Origin: Clostridia bacterium | GTDB lineage: Bacteria; Bacillota; Clostridia; Oscillospirales; Acutalibacteraceae | DNA: 59,116 nucleotides | Assembly (NCBI GenBank): GCA_030528905.1 | Contig: JAUMXZ010000001.1 | Location: 1-59,116, forward strand | Direction: 5' to 3' | In this document: one piece after another, positions 39,174-48,400 of the stretch | Layout: every line of letters begins with the position of its first letter | How positions within the stretch are numbered: the stretch's first letter is position 1 | Program-made: the position numbers and the translations under genes | The notes under the pieces: generated by a model | The model's database searches: none | Seen by the model: the letters and a program-made list of their open reading frames with translations, nothing else | What the model was told of the DNA's origin: nothing

Positions 39174-39892
39174 AGCTTTTTTACGATTTTCATATACATT
39201 CAGCACTTTCTCCGTGTGCAGAAAATGATATGACACCGAGCAATATTATAAATATGTCAATTATAAATGAACTTGATGTGATAGCCTTAACAGACCATAA
39301 TTGTTCTAAGAACTGTAAAACACTTATGAATCTTGGCAGAGAAAACGATATTCTTGTAATTGCGGGAATGGAGCTTACAACACAGGAAGAAGTACATATG
39401 GTTATGCTGTTTAAAGAGTTATATTCAGCCGAAAAATTTTCAGAATTTGTACAAAGCAGAATAATGAAAGTTCCAAACAGACCTGAAATTTTCGGAGATC
39501 AGCTGATAATGGACGAAAAAGACAACATAATCGGAGTACAGGAAAACTGGCTTGTGCCGGCAACAGATATATCAATAGACAAAGCTTATGATTTAGCCAA
39601 AGAATATGACGCAGCAATATTCCCGGCACATATCAACAGGGCTTCCCACAGTATTATATCAAACCTTGGTGTGTTTCCTGATCAGCCTGATTTTAGCTGT
39701 GTCGAGGTGAGTAAAACAGCAGACGTAAACAGCTTGATAAAAAGTTATCCGCTGCTTTCAAAAAAGTTAATCCTGCACGACTCTGATGCTCATAGATTAG
39801 AAGATATGCTACTTGATTTTCATAGTATAGAAGTTGAAGAAAAAAATGAAAAATCTGTTATAGATGCTATAAACAGGGGCCTTGGTTTGTAA
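39170..39892 (+). CDS. PHP-domain metal-dependent phosphoesterase
   Basis: FYDFHIHSALSPCA, IALTDHN, GMELT, PAHINR and LHDSDAH are PHP motif contexts. Confidence 0.8.
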   Translation: MKLFYDFHIHSALSPCAENDMTPSNIINMSIINELDVIALTDHNCSKNCKTLMNLGRENDILVIAGMELTTQEEVHMVMLFKELYSAEKFSEFVQSRIMKVPNRPEIFGDQLIMDEKDNIIGVQENWLVPATDISIDKAYDLAKEYDAAIFPAHINRASHSIISNLGVFPDQPDFSCVEVSKTADVNSLIKSYPLLSKKLILHDSDAHRLEDMLLDFHSIEVEEKNEKSVIDAINRGLGL

Positions 39893-40079
39893 AGTGCAGA
39901 CGAATTTAAAAAAATGTGGGTTTATTATATTTTATTGTGGATCTTGGCGTGAATATAATGTATAATATATGTGTAAAGTAGCGGATATGTTCAATATTAA
40001 CAGTTAAATATCTTATGTGTATATTGCCTGTATTGTTATTTTACGAATTTAAAAATCCTTAATCAGAGGGGGAGAAATA

Positions 40080-40577
40080 ATGTTAAAACGTATCAGTAAG
40101 ATTGCGTTTAAGCAGACTGAAGAACAAAAAAAAGAACTTTTAGATTACATCAATGCCCAAAAAGGTAAGCCGGGAGCTTTGATGCCGATTATGCAAAAAG
40201 CTCAGGATATTTATGGATATTTACCGGAAGAAGTACAGCGTATAATAGCTGATGAGTTAGGGATATCAACAGAGGAAGTTTTTGGCGTATCAACTTTCTA
40301 TTCCCAATTTGCACTTTCTCCAAAGGGTAAGTATAATATCTCAATTTGCCTTGGTACAGCTTGTTATGTAAAAGGCTCAGGAGATATTTTAAATAAAGTC
40401 CAGGAAATCTTGAAAATTATGCCGGAAGAATGTAGTGAAGACGGCCAATTCTCACTCACAGCCTGCCGCTGCGTGGGAGCTTGTGGTCTTGCTCCGGTCT
40501 TGATGGTTAATGACGAAGTTTATGGACGCTTAACAGTAAATGATGTTGAGGGTATTTTAAATAAATATAAGAATTAG
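40080..40577 (+). CDS. hydC: NuoE-like [2Fe-2S] subunit of NAD(H)-dependent [FeFe] hydrogenase
   Basis: ALMPIMQKAQDIYGYL...ISICLGTACYVKG...LTACRCVGACGLAPV. GGGGGAG SD. Confidence 0.9.
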   Translation: MLKRISKIAFKQTEEQKKELLDYINAQKGKPGALMPIMQKAQDIYGYLPEEVQRIIADELGISTEEVFGVSTFYSQFALSPKGKYNISICLGTACYVKGSGDILNKVQEILKIMPEECSEDGQFSLTACRCVGACGLAPVLMVNDEVYGRLTVNDVEGILNKYKN

Positions 40578-40579
40578 CT

Positions 40580-41107
40580 ATGAGAGAATTGTCGCTTAAT
40601 GTTTTAGATATCGTTCAAAACAGCATCAGCGCAAAGTCAACTATCGTTAATATTGAAGTGAACTTTTATGATAAAAATAAAATGCGAATATCAATAACCG
40701 ATGATGGCTGCGGAATGAATCAAGAACAGGTAATGAAAGTTATAGACCCATTTTACACAACAAGAAAAACAAGAAAAGTAGGCTTGGGAATACCTCTTTT
40801 TAAAATGGCAGCTGAGCTTACAGGCGGAAGTCTTGTGATACGATCGTTACCCGAAAAAGGTACACATATAAGTGCTGAGTTCGTAACAGACAGCATAGAT
40901 ATGACGCCTTTGGGAGATATGAATTCAACAATATTGCTCTTGGTTCGTTGTAATCCTGATGTAGACTTTGTTTACTCATTAACAAAAGATAATGATAAAA
41001 GAGAATTTAATACAAAAGAAATAAGAGAAATTTTGGGAGAAGTTCCTCTTGATCATCCCGATGTTCTTGAATGGATAGACGGATATCTGAAAGAACAATT
41101 TGCTTAA
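40580..41107 (+). CDS. Histidine-kinase-like ATPase (HATPase_c only) encoded inside the hydrogenase operon
   Basis: N-box LNVLDIVQNSISA, G1 DDGCGM, G2 VGLGIPLF. No DHp/His box or TM segments seen. Confidence 0.75.
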   Translation: MRELSLNVLDIVQNSISAKSTIVNIEVNFYDKNKMRISITDDGCGMNQEQVMKVIDPFYTTRKTRKVGLGIPLFKMAAELTGGSLVIRSLPEKGTHISAEFVTDSIDMTPLGDMNSTILLLVRCNPDVDFVYSLTKDNDKREFNTKEIREILGEVPLDHPDVLEWIDGYLKEQFA

Positions 41108-41141
41108 AGCAAAATATGTAAAGAAACAGGGGGTAAAATTT

Positions 41142-41510
41142 ATGAAATCATTGGAAGAACTCAGAGCAATAAGAGATAGAGCCCGTGCAGGAGTAGACTT
41201 GAGAAAAGAACATCAAAACGATGTAAGAGTCCTCGTAGGTATGGCAACCTGTGGAATAGCTGCAGGAGCAAGACCGGTACTCAACGCTTTTGTAGAGGAA
41301 ATAAACAAGAGAAATCTGAAAAATGTAGTTGTAACTCAAACAGGATGTATTGGTATATGCCAGTTTGAACCGGTAGTAGAAATAATAGAGCCGGGAAAAG
41401 AAAAAGTGACATATGTGCATATGACTCCGGAAAAGGCAGTCAGAATAGTAAACGATCACTTAGTTAATGCAAATGTTGTAGCCGAATTTACAATCGGTGC
41501 AAATTCATAA
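41142..41510 (+). CDS. Thioredoxin-like [2Fe-2S] ferredoxin
   Basis: MATCGIAAGA...TGCIGICQFEP pattern. ATG 41142 follows GGGGG; the ORF-track start 41100 overlaps the upstream gene. Confidence 0.8.
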   Translation: MKSLEELRAIRDRARAGVDLRKEHQNDVRVLVGMATCGIAAGARPVLNAFVEEINKRNLKNVVVTQTGCIGICQFEPVVEIIEPGKEKVTYVHMTPEKAVRIVNDHLVNANVVAEFTIGANS

Positions 41511-41522
41511 GGAGGAAGTTTA

Positions 41523-43310
41523 ATGTTTCGTTCCAATGTTTTGGTTTGCGGAGGTACAGGCTGTACATCCTCACACAGTGATAAAATAGCAGATAAATTA
41601 GAAGAAGAGATTAAGGCTAATGGCCTTGAGTTTGAAGTCAATGTTATAAGAACAGGCTGCTTTGGCTTGTGCGAATTAGGCCCTATAGTAGTTGTATACC
41701 CGGAGGGAAGCTTCTACAGTCGCGTTACAGTCGAGGATATTCCTGAACTGGTAAGTGAGCATCTTTTAAAAGGCCGTATCCTGAAAAGATTATTATTCCA
41801 GGAAACTTTAGCAGAAGATACAATAAAATCTTTAGCAGAAACAGACTTTTATAAAAAACAAAAGAGAATTGCACTTCATAACTGCGGCGTTATCAACCCG
41901 GAAGTTATCGAAGAATATATAGCAATGGACGGCTATCAGGCCTTAGGTAAGGTTTTAACAGAAATGACACCTGAGCAGGTAATCCAGGTTATAAAAGACT
42001 CAGGACTCAGAGGCCGTGGCGGCGGCGGATTCCCAACAGGAGTAAAATGGGAGCTTGCAGCTAAACCTCAGTCTGACCAAAAATATGTATGCTGTAATGC
42101 TGACGAAGGCGACCCGGGCGCATTTATGGACAGATCTCTGCTCGAAGGCGACCCACACTCAATCTTAGAGGCTATGGCTATAGCAGGATATGCAATCGGA
42201 GCTTCACAAGGATATATCTATGTAAGAGCTGAATATCCAATAGCTGTAAAGAGATTGGAAATAGCAATTAAACAAGCCAGAGAATATGGCTTGTTAGGCG
42301 AAAATATCTTTGATACAGGCTTTAATTTTGATATAGATTTAAGACTCGGAGCAGGCGCATTTGTTTGCGGCGAGGAAACAGCATTGTTGACTTCAATCGA
42401 GGGCAAAAGAGGTGAGCCGCATCCAAGACCACCATTCCCGGCAATCAAGGGCTTGTTCGGCAAACCAACTATCTTAAACAATGTTGAAACTTATGCTAAT
42501 ATTACCCAGATTATCTTAAACGGTGCAGATTGGTTCAAATCAATGGGTACTGAAAAATCAAAAGGTACAAAAGTTTTCGCACTCGGCGGAAAAATTAAAC
42601 ATACAGGTCTTGTTGAAGTACCAATGGGTACAACACTTCGCGAGATCGTCGAGGAAATAGGTGGAGGTATTCCAAACGGAAAGAAATTTAAGGCTGCTCA
42701 AACAGGTGGTCCTTCCGGCGGATGTATCTCATATGAAAACTTTGATATTCCGATAGATTATAATAACCTTATAGATATAGGCTCTATGATGGGCTCAGGC
42801 GGACTTATCGTAATGGATGAAACTTCCTGTATGGTAGATATCGCTAAGTTCTTCCTTGAGTTTACAGTCGATGAATCCTGCGGTAAATGTACACCTTGCC
42901 GCGTAGGTACAAAACGTTTGCTTGAAATACTCACAAAAATTACCGAAGGTAAAGCAACAATGGAAGACTTAGATAAATTAGAGTCACTTTGCTACTATAT
43001 CAAAGAAAATTCACTCTGCGGATTAGGCCAAACTGCTCCAAACCCTGTGTTGTCAACACTGAAATGCTTTAAAGATGAATATCTTGCACATATCGTTGAC
43101 AAGAAATGTCCGGCAGGTGTATGTAAATCACTGTTAAGCTATGTAATCGATCCAGCAAAATGTAAAGGTTGCTCACTCTGTTCAAGAGTTTGTCCGGTTT
43201 CCGCAATATCCGGTGAAATTAAAAAGCCCTTTGTTATTGATCAGTCAAAATGTATTAAGTGCGGTACTTGTATGGATAAATGTAAGTTTAATGCAATAGA
43301 AAAGAAATAG
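41523..43310 (+). CDS. hydB: NuoF-like flavoprotein subunit of [FeFe] hydrogenase (NAD(H)/FMN, Fe-S)
   Basis: N-terminal 2Fe-2S domain (CGGTGCTSS...TGCFGLCELGP), GLRGRGGGGFPTG, CNADEGDPGAF, SCGKCTPCR, and C-terminal 2x CxxCxxCxxxCP. Confidence 0.93.
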   Translation: MFRSNVLVCGGTGCTSSHSDKIADKLEEEIKANGLEFEVNVIRTGCFGLCELGPIVVVYPEGSFYSRVTVEDIPELVSEHLLKGRILKRLLFQETLAEDTIKSLAETDFYKKQKRIALHNCGVINPEVIEEYIAMDGYQALGKVLTEMTPEQVIQVIKDSGLRGRGGGGFPTGVKWELAAKPQSDQKYVCCNADEGDPGAFMDRSLLEGDPHSILEAMAIAGYAIGASQGYIYVRAEYPIAVKRLEIAIKQAREYGLLGENIFDTGFNFDIDLRLGAGAFVCGEETALLTSIEGKRGEPHPRPPFPAIKGLFGKPTILNNVETYANITQIILNGADWFKSMGTEKSKGTKVFALGGKIKHTGLVEVPMGTTLREIVEEIGGGIPNGKKFKAAQTGGPSGGCISYENFDIPIDYNNLIDIGSMMGSGGLIVMDETSCMVDIAKFFLEFTVDESCGKCTPCRVGTKRLLEILTKITEGKATMEDLDKLESLCYYIKENSLCGLGQTAPNPVLSTLKCFKDEYLAHIVDKKCPAGVCKSLLSYVIDPAKCKGCSLCSRVCPVSAISGEIKKPFVIDQSKCIKCGTCMDKCKFNAIEKK

Positions 43311-43399
43311 TTTAAAACTTATAAATAAGGGAAAATATAACTATAAAATTATAACAAAAGGGGGATAAAAAGCACGAGTGCTAAATTTTAAGCAGTGCT

Positions 43400-45148
43400 A
43401 TGAATGATATGGAAAAAGTTAATATAAAAATTAACGGTATGGAGTTGTCAGTTCCCGCAGGCGTTACAATTCTTGAGGCTGCAAGAATGGCAAATATAGA
43501 GATACCAACTCTTTGCTATATGAAAGAGAAAAATGAAATAGGCGCTTGCCGTATGTGTGTTGTTGAAGTGATAGGAGCAAGAGCTTTAGTCGCAGCTTGT
43601 GTTTATCCGGTCTTTGAGGGAATGCAGGTGTTTACAAATACCGAGAAAGTTCGTAAATCAAGAAAAACTACATTACAACTGTTGCTTTCAAATCACGATA
43701 AAAAATGCTTATCGTGTACAAGAAGCGGAAACTGTGAACTGCAAAAGCTGTGTAATGATTACGGAGTGGATGATGAGAACTACTTTGATGGCGAACAGCC
43801 AAAGTATGAGCTTGACTTGTCAACACCACACCTTGTAAGAGATAATAATAAATGTATTCTATGCCGCAGATGCGTTGCTGCTTGTAAAGAGCAATTTGTA
43901 GCAGTTATAGGTACAAATAACCGCGGCTTTGATTCAAGTATCGGCTGTGCATTTGAGAAAGACTTAAACGATGTACCGTGTATATCCTGCGGACAGTGTA
44001 TAGTAAACTGCCCAACAGGAGCATTAAGAGAAAAAGATCAATGCGATGAGGTTTTAGCAGCTATTGCAGATCCTGAAAAATTTGTTATAGTACAAACAGC
44101 ACCGTCAATAAAAGCAACATTAGGCGAGTGTTTCGGTATGCCGATAGGAACAAATGTAGAAGGTAAGATGGTAGCAGCATTAAAACGCCTTAACTTTGAC
44201 AAAGTGTTTAACACAGACTTCTCAGCTGACTTGACAATAGTCGAGGAAGCAAATGAGTTAGTAGAAAGAGTTCAAAACGGCGGAGTGTTACCGATGATTA
44301 CTTCGTGTTCACCGGGCTGGGTAAAATTCTGCGAGTTTTATTATCCGGAGCTAATACCACACTTATCAAGCTGTAAATCTCCACAGCAAATGGCCGGAGC
44401 AATATTTAAAACCTGGTATGCTCAAAAGAACAATATCGATCCAAAAAATATTGTATCAGTAAGTATTATGCCGTGTACAGCAAAGAAATTTGAGATAGGA
44501 AGAGATGACCAGAGTGCTGCAGGTCTTCCTGATGTTGATATAGTTCTCACAACAAGAGAGCTTGCAAGACTTATAAAACGTGCAGGATTAGACTTTGTAA
44601 ATCTTCCGGACGAGGATTTTGATCCGACATTAGGACTTGGCACAGGCGCCGGTACAATCTTCGGAGCTACAGGTGGAGTTATGGAGGCAGCATTAAGAAC
44701 TGCTGTAGATACTCTTACAGGCGAAGATGTAAAAGAAGTAGTTTACAATGAAGTAAGAGGTACTGATGGCATTAAAGAGGCAGTTTATAAGGGCGTTGGC
44801 GGCTTGGATGTAAAGGTAGCAGTTGCAAGCGGACTTAGCAATGCAAAAGTTTTAATGGATAAAATCAAAGACGGAACAGCAGATTATCAGTTTATCGAGA
44901 TTATGTGCTGTCCGGGCGGCTGCGTAAACGGCGGCGGACAACCAATTCAACCGGCAAGTGTGAGAAGCTTTACAGACCTCAAGGCTCTAAGAGCAAAGGC
45001 TCTTTATGACCAGGATGCTGCTAAAGAATTAAGAAAATCACATCAAAGCCCAATTATGGAAAGACTTTACAAAGAGTTTTTAGGTAAGCCCGGAAGCGAA
45101 AAGGCTCACCATATTCTGCACACATCCTATGTAAAGAGAGAAAAATAA
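43400..45148 (+). CDS. hydA: [FeFe] hydrogenase catalytic subunit (HydABC/group A3-type architecture)
   Basis: N-terminal 2Fe-2S, HxxxCxxCxxxxxC and 2x[4Fe-4S] motifs. H-cluster motifs TSCSPGW, MPCTAKKFE and EIMCCPGGCVNGGGQP. C-terminal small-subunit-like tail. Confidence 0.93.
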   Translation: MNDMEKVNIKINGMELSVPAGVTILEAARMANIEIPTLCYMKEKNEIGACRMCVVEVIGARALVAACVYPVFEGMQVFTNTEKVRKSRKTTLQLLLSNHDKKCLSCTRSGNCELQKLCNDYGVDDENYFDGEQPKYELDLSTPHLVRDNNKCILCRRCVAACKEQFVAVIGTNNRGFDSSIGCAFEKDLNDVPCISCGQCIVNCPTGALREKDQCDEVLAAIADPEKFVIVQTAPSIKATLGECFGMPIGTNVEGKMVAALKRLNFDKVFNTDFSADLTIVEEANELVERVQNGGVLPMITSCSPGWVKFCEFYYPELIPHLSSCKSPQQMAGAIFKTWYAQKNNIDPKNIVSVSIMPCTAKKFEIGRDDQSAAGLPDVDIVLTTRELARLIKRAGLDFVNLPDEDFDPTLGLGTGAGTIFGATGGVMEAALRTAVDTLTGEDVKEVVYNEVRGTDGIKEAVYKGVGGLDVKVAVASGLSNAKVLMDKIKDGTADYQFIEIMCCPGGCVNGGGQPIQPASVRSFTDLKALRAKALYDQDAAKELRKSHQSPIMERLYKEFLGKPGSEKAHHILHTSYVKREK

Positions 45149-45167
45149 AATATAATATATTCAAAAT

Positions 45168-45202
45168 AAGTCATTAGCTGTATAGCTGATGACTTGTTTT
45201 TT
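45168..45202 (+). terminator. Rho-independent terminator after hydA
   Basis: 12-bp stem AAGTCATTAGCT / AGCTGATGACTT with loop gtat, followed by gTTTTTT. Confidence 0.85.
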
Positions 45203-45263
45203 GCGCAAAAATAGGAATAAATGTTAAAATATTGTAACTTTTGATAAAAATGAGGTAATTTAT

Positions 45264-45292
45264 TTGACAATCAGATGTAATTATTGTATAAT
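45264..45292 (+). promoter_or_regulatory. Consensus sigma-A promoter for rpoBC
   Basis: TTGACA (45264-45269), 17-nt spacer, TATAAT (45287-45292). Confidence 0.8.
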
Positions 45293-45451
45293 AAATTGCT
45301 ATTTGTAATAATAGGGTATTATACGCTTTTTATATCCTGTGTTATAAATACTGTTAGTTAACAGTTAAGTACAGCATTGTTTAAACATTGTCTTTGTTGT
45401 GTTTGCGATAAATGCTGTACGGATAAATAAATTGAGGAGTTGATAAAGCTT

Positions 45452-48400
45452 ATGGTGAATGTCAAACCGGTAAGATTGGGCGAGACCGAAAGAATGAGTT
45501 TTTCTAAAATAAACGAAGTTTTAGATATGCCTAATTTGCTTGAAATTCAAAAAAATTCATACGATTGGTTTGTTAAAAAGGGGCTTAAAGAGGTCTTTGA
45601 TGACGTTTCCGGAATCATAGACTATACAGAAAATTTAGTTCTGGATTTTGTCGATTATAAGCTGGATTTGGATAAGCCTAATTATACCATAGCTCAATGT
45701 AAGGAACGCGATACAACATATGCAGCAGCAATAAGAGCAACTGTAAGACTGATAAACAAGGAAACCGGAGAAATTAAGGAATCAGAAGTCTTTATGGGAG
45801 ATTTCCCACTGATGACCGAAAGCGGTACATTCGTAATAAATGGAGCCGAAAGAGTTATCGTTTCACAGCTTGTTCGTTCACCCGGCGTCTACTACAAAAT
45901 GGAACACGATAAAACCGGTAAGGAAATGTTTACTGCTACTGTTATTCCTAACAGGGGAGCTTGGCTTGAGTATGAAAATGACTTAAATGATGTGTTCTAT
46001 GTAAGAATAGACAAAAACCGTAAGTTGCCTGTTACAACATTCATAAGAGCTCTCGGCCTTGGTACAGATGAGGAAATATTTGACTATTTTGGCAAGGATG
46101 AAAGAATAATAGCTACAATAGAAAAAGACCCCTGCCATACAACAGAAGAAGCACTTTTGGAAGTTTACAGAAAATTAAGACCAACAGAACCTCCAACAAT
46201 AGAAAGCTCTAAAAGTCATATCAATAACCTCTTCTTTGACCCGAGAAGATATGATATATCAAAGGTCGGAAGATATAAGTATAATAAAAAACTCGGAATA
46301 TCTTCAAGAATTGCAGGCAGAGTTTTAGCAGATGTCGTTGTCAATCCTTTAACAGGTGAGGTAATGGCTCAGGCCGGCGAAGAAGTAAGTAAAGAGCTTG
46401 CCTTGCAAATTGAAAATGCAGGAGTAAGTGTAGCTTATGTCAAGGTGGAAAACCGTGAAAAACCGGTAAAGGTAATATCTAACGGAATGGTCGATTTGGG
46501 CTGTTATGTCAATTTTGACTATGAAGAAGAATGTGAAATCAGTGAGAAAGTCAGATTTGATATCCTTTCTGAAATTCTGGAAAATGCTCAGAATGAAGAT
46601 GAGTTAAAACAGCAGCTCAAAGAAAGAAAAGATGAGCTTGTACCTAAACACATAATAATTGATGATATATTTTCATCAATCAATTACTTTAACTGTCTTG
46701 CCTGCGGAGTCGGCGAAAAAGATGATATTGACCATTTAGGCAATAGAAGAATAAGATCCGTAGGAGAACTTTTACAAAATCAGTTCAGAATAGGATTTGC
46801 AAGACTTGAAAGAGTAATAAAAGAAAGAATGACCCTTCAGGCTAAAGATCTCGAAATTTTAACTCCGCAATCACTGATAAATATAAGACCTGTAGTTTCA
46901 GCAATCAGAGAATTTTTTGGTTCATCACCGCTTTCACAGTTTATGGATCAGAATAATCCGCTTGCAGAACTTACACATAAAAGAAGACTTTCATCCTTAG
47001 GACCCGGAGGCTTGACAAGAGACAGAGCGGGCTTTGAAGTTCGTGACGTACACTACACACACTATGGCCGAATGTGTCCTATAGAAACCCCTGAAGGACC
47101 AAACATCGGACTTATTTCTTACCTTGCAACATACGCAAAAATAAACAAGTACGGCTTTATTGAGGCACCGTTTAGAAAAGTAAATAAAATATACGACGAG
47201 AACAATAAAGTTATTGATGCAGTAGTGTCTGATGAGGTCGTATATATGACAGCGGATGTAGAAGACGATTTCATAGTAATTCAGGCTAACGAACCATTGG
47301 ATGAAAATAACAGATTTAAAAACACAAAGGTAAACGGCAGATATAAAGATGAGTTTGTTGAAGTCGAAAGAGAAAAAGCAGATTATATGGACGTAGTGCC
47401 GAAAATGGTTCTATCAGTCGCTACATCTATGATCCCATTCCTTGAAAACGATGACGCAAACAGAGCATTGATGGGAGCGAACATGCAAAGACAGGCAGTG
47501 CCGCTCTTGACAACAGAAGCTCCGATAGTAGCAACAGGTATGGAATATAAAGCAGGAGTTGACTCCGGAGTATGTATAGTTGCTAAAACCGATGGTGTTG
47601 TAAAATATGTATCTGCTGACAGAATTATATTAGACACGCAAAATGGTGAAGCAGTTTATAATGTAACTAAGTTTTTGCGTTCAAACCAGGGAACTTGTAT
47701 CAATCAGAATCCCATTGTCAAAGTTGGCCAGGAAGTGAAAAAAGGCGATGTTATAGCTGATGGCCCGGCAACAGATAAGGGTGAGATAAGTCTTGGAAAG
47801 AATGCACTTATCGGCTTTATGACCTGGGAAGGTTATAACTATGAAGATGCTGTTTTACTCAGTGAGAAAATAGTAAGAGATGATGTATATACATCAATTC
47901 ATATAGAAGAGTATGAAACAGAAGCAAGAGATACAAAATTAGGACCTGAGGATATAACAAGAGATATACCAAATGTGGGTGAAGACTTGCTCAAGGACTT
48001 AGACGAAGAAGGTATAATAAGAGTAGGTGCAGAGGTTTCCGCAGGAGATATTCTTGTAGGTAAGGTTACACCTAAGGGAGAATCTGAGCTTACAGCTGAA
48101 GAAAGACTGCTTCGTGCAATCTTTGGAGAAAAGGCAAGAGAAGTAAGAGATACTTCGTTAAGAGTGCCGCACGGAGAATATGGAATCATAGTAGATGTAA
48201 AAGTATTCACCCGAAAAGATCACAAAGAGGAGTTAGCACCGGGAGTAAACAAGGTTGTAAGATGTTATGTCGCTCAGAAACGCAAGATCTCTGTAGGAGA
48301 TAAAATGGCAGGTCGTCACGGAAATAAAGGTGTTGTATCAAGAATATTACCTGTTGAAGATATGCCGTTTTTACCAGACGGTACACCGCTTGATATAGTG

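Noticed and set aside
39170-39892. The PHP-domain protein as the missing histidinol-phosphate phosphatase (HisK/HisJ type) of the his pathway.
   Set aside because: It is translationally coupled within the hydrogenase regulatory operon, 24 kb from the his genes. The same PHP gene family is a conserved member of such hydrogenase clusters. No sequence feature specifically supports HolPase function.
39988-40002. TGTTCAATATTAACA upstream of hydC as a possible Rex box (TTGTTAA-N4-TTAACAA).
   Set aside because: The half-site spacing is off by one, because an extra C breaks the palindrome. The left arm matches only 5 of 7 positions under the best register. It is too weak to call without comparative data.
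39913-40042. The 130-bp segment between the 13-nt direct repeats as a MITE-like insertion with target-site duplication.
   Set aside because: No terminal inverted repeats are present: the ends AAATGTGGGTTTATT and AAAATAACAATACAGG (reverse complement) do not match. The segment most likely contains the hydABC promoter.
43341-43356. Direct repeat TATAAC-tataaaat-TATAAC in the hydB-hydA spacer as an internal promoter.
   Set aside because: No acceptable -35 lies at 16-18 nt. AT-rich repeats of this size are expected by chance in this genome.
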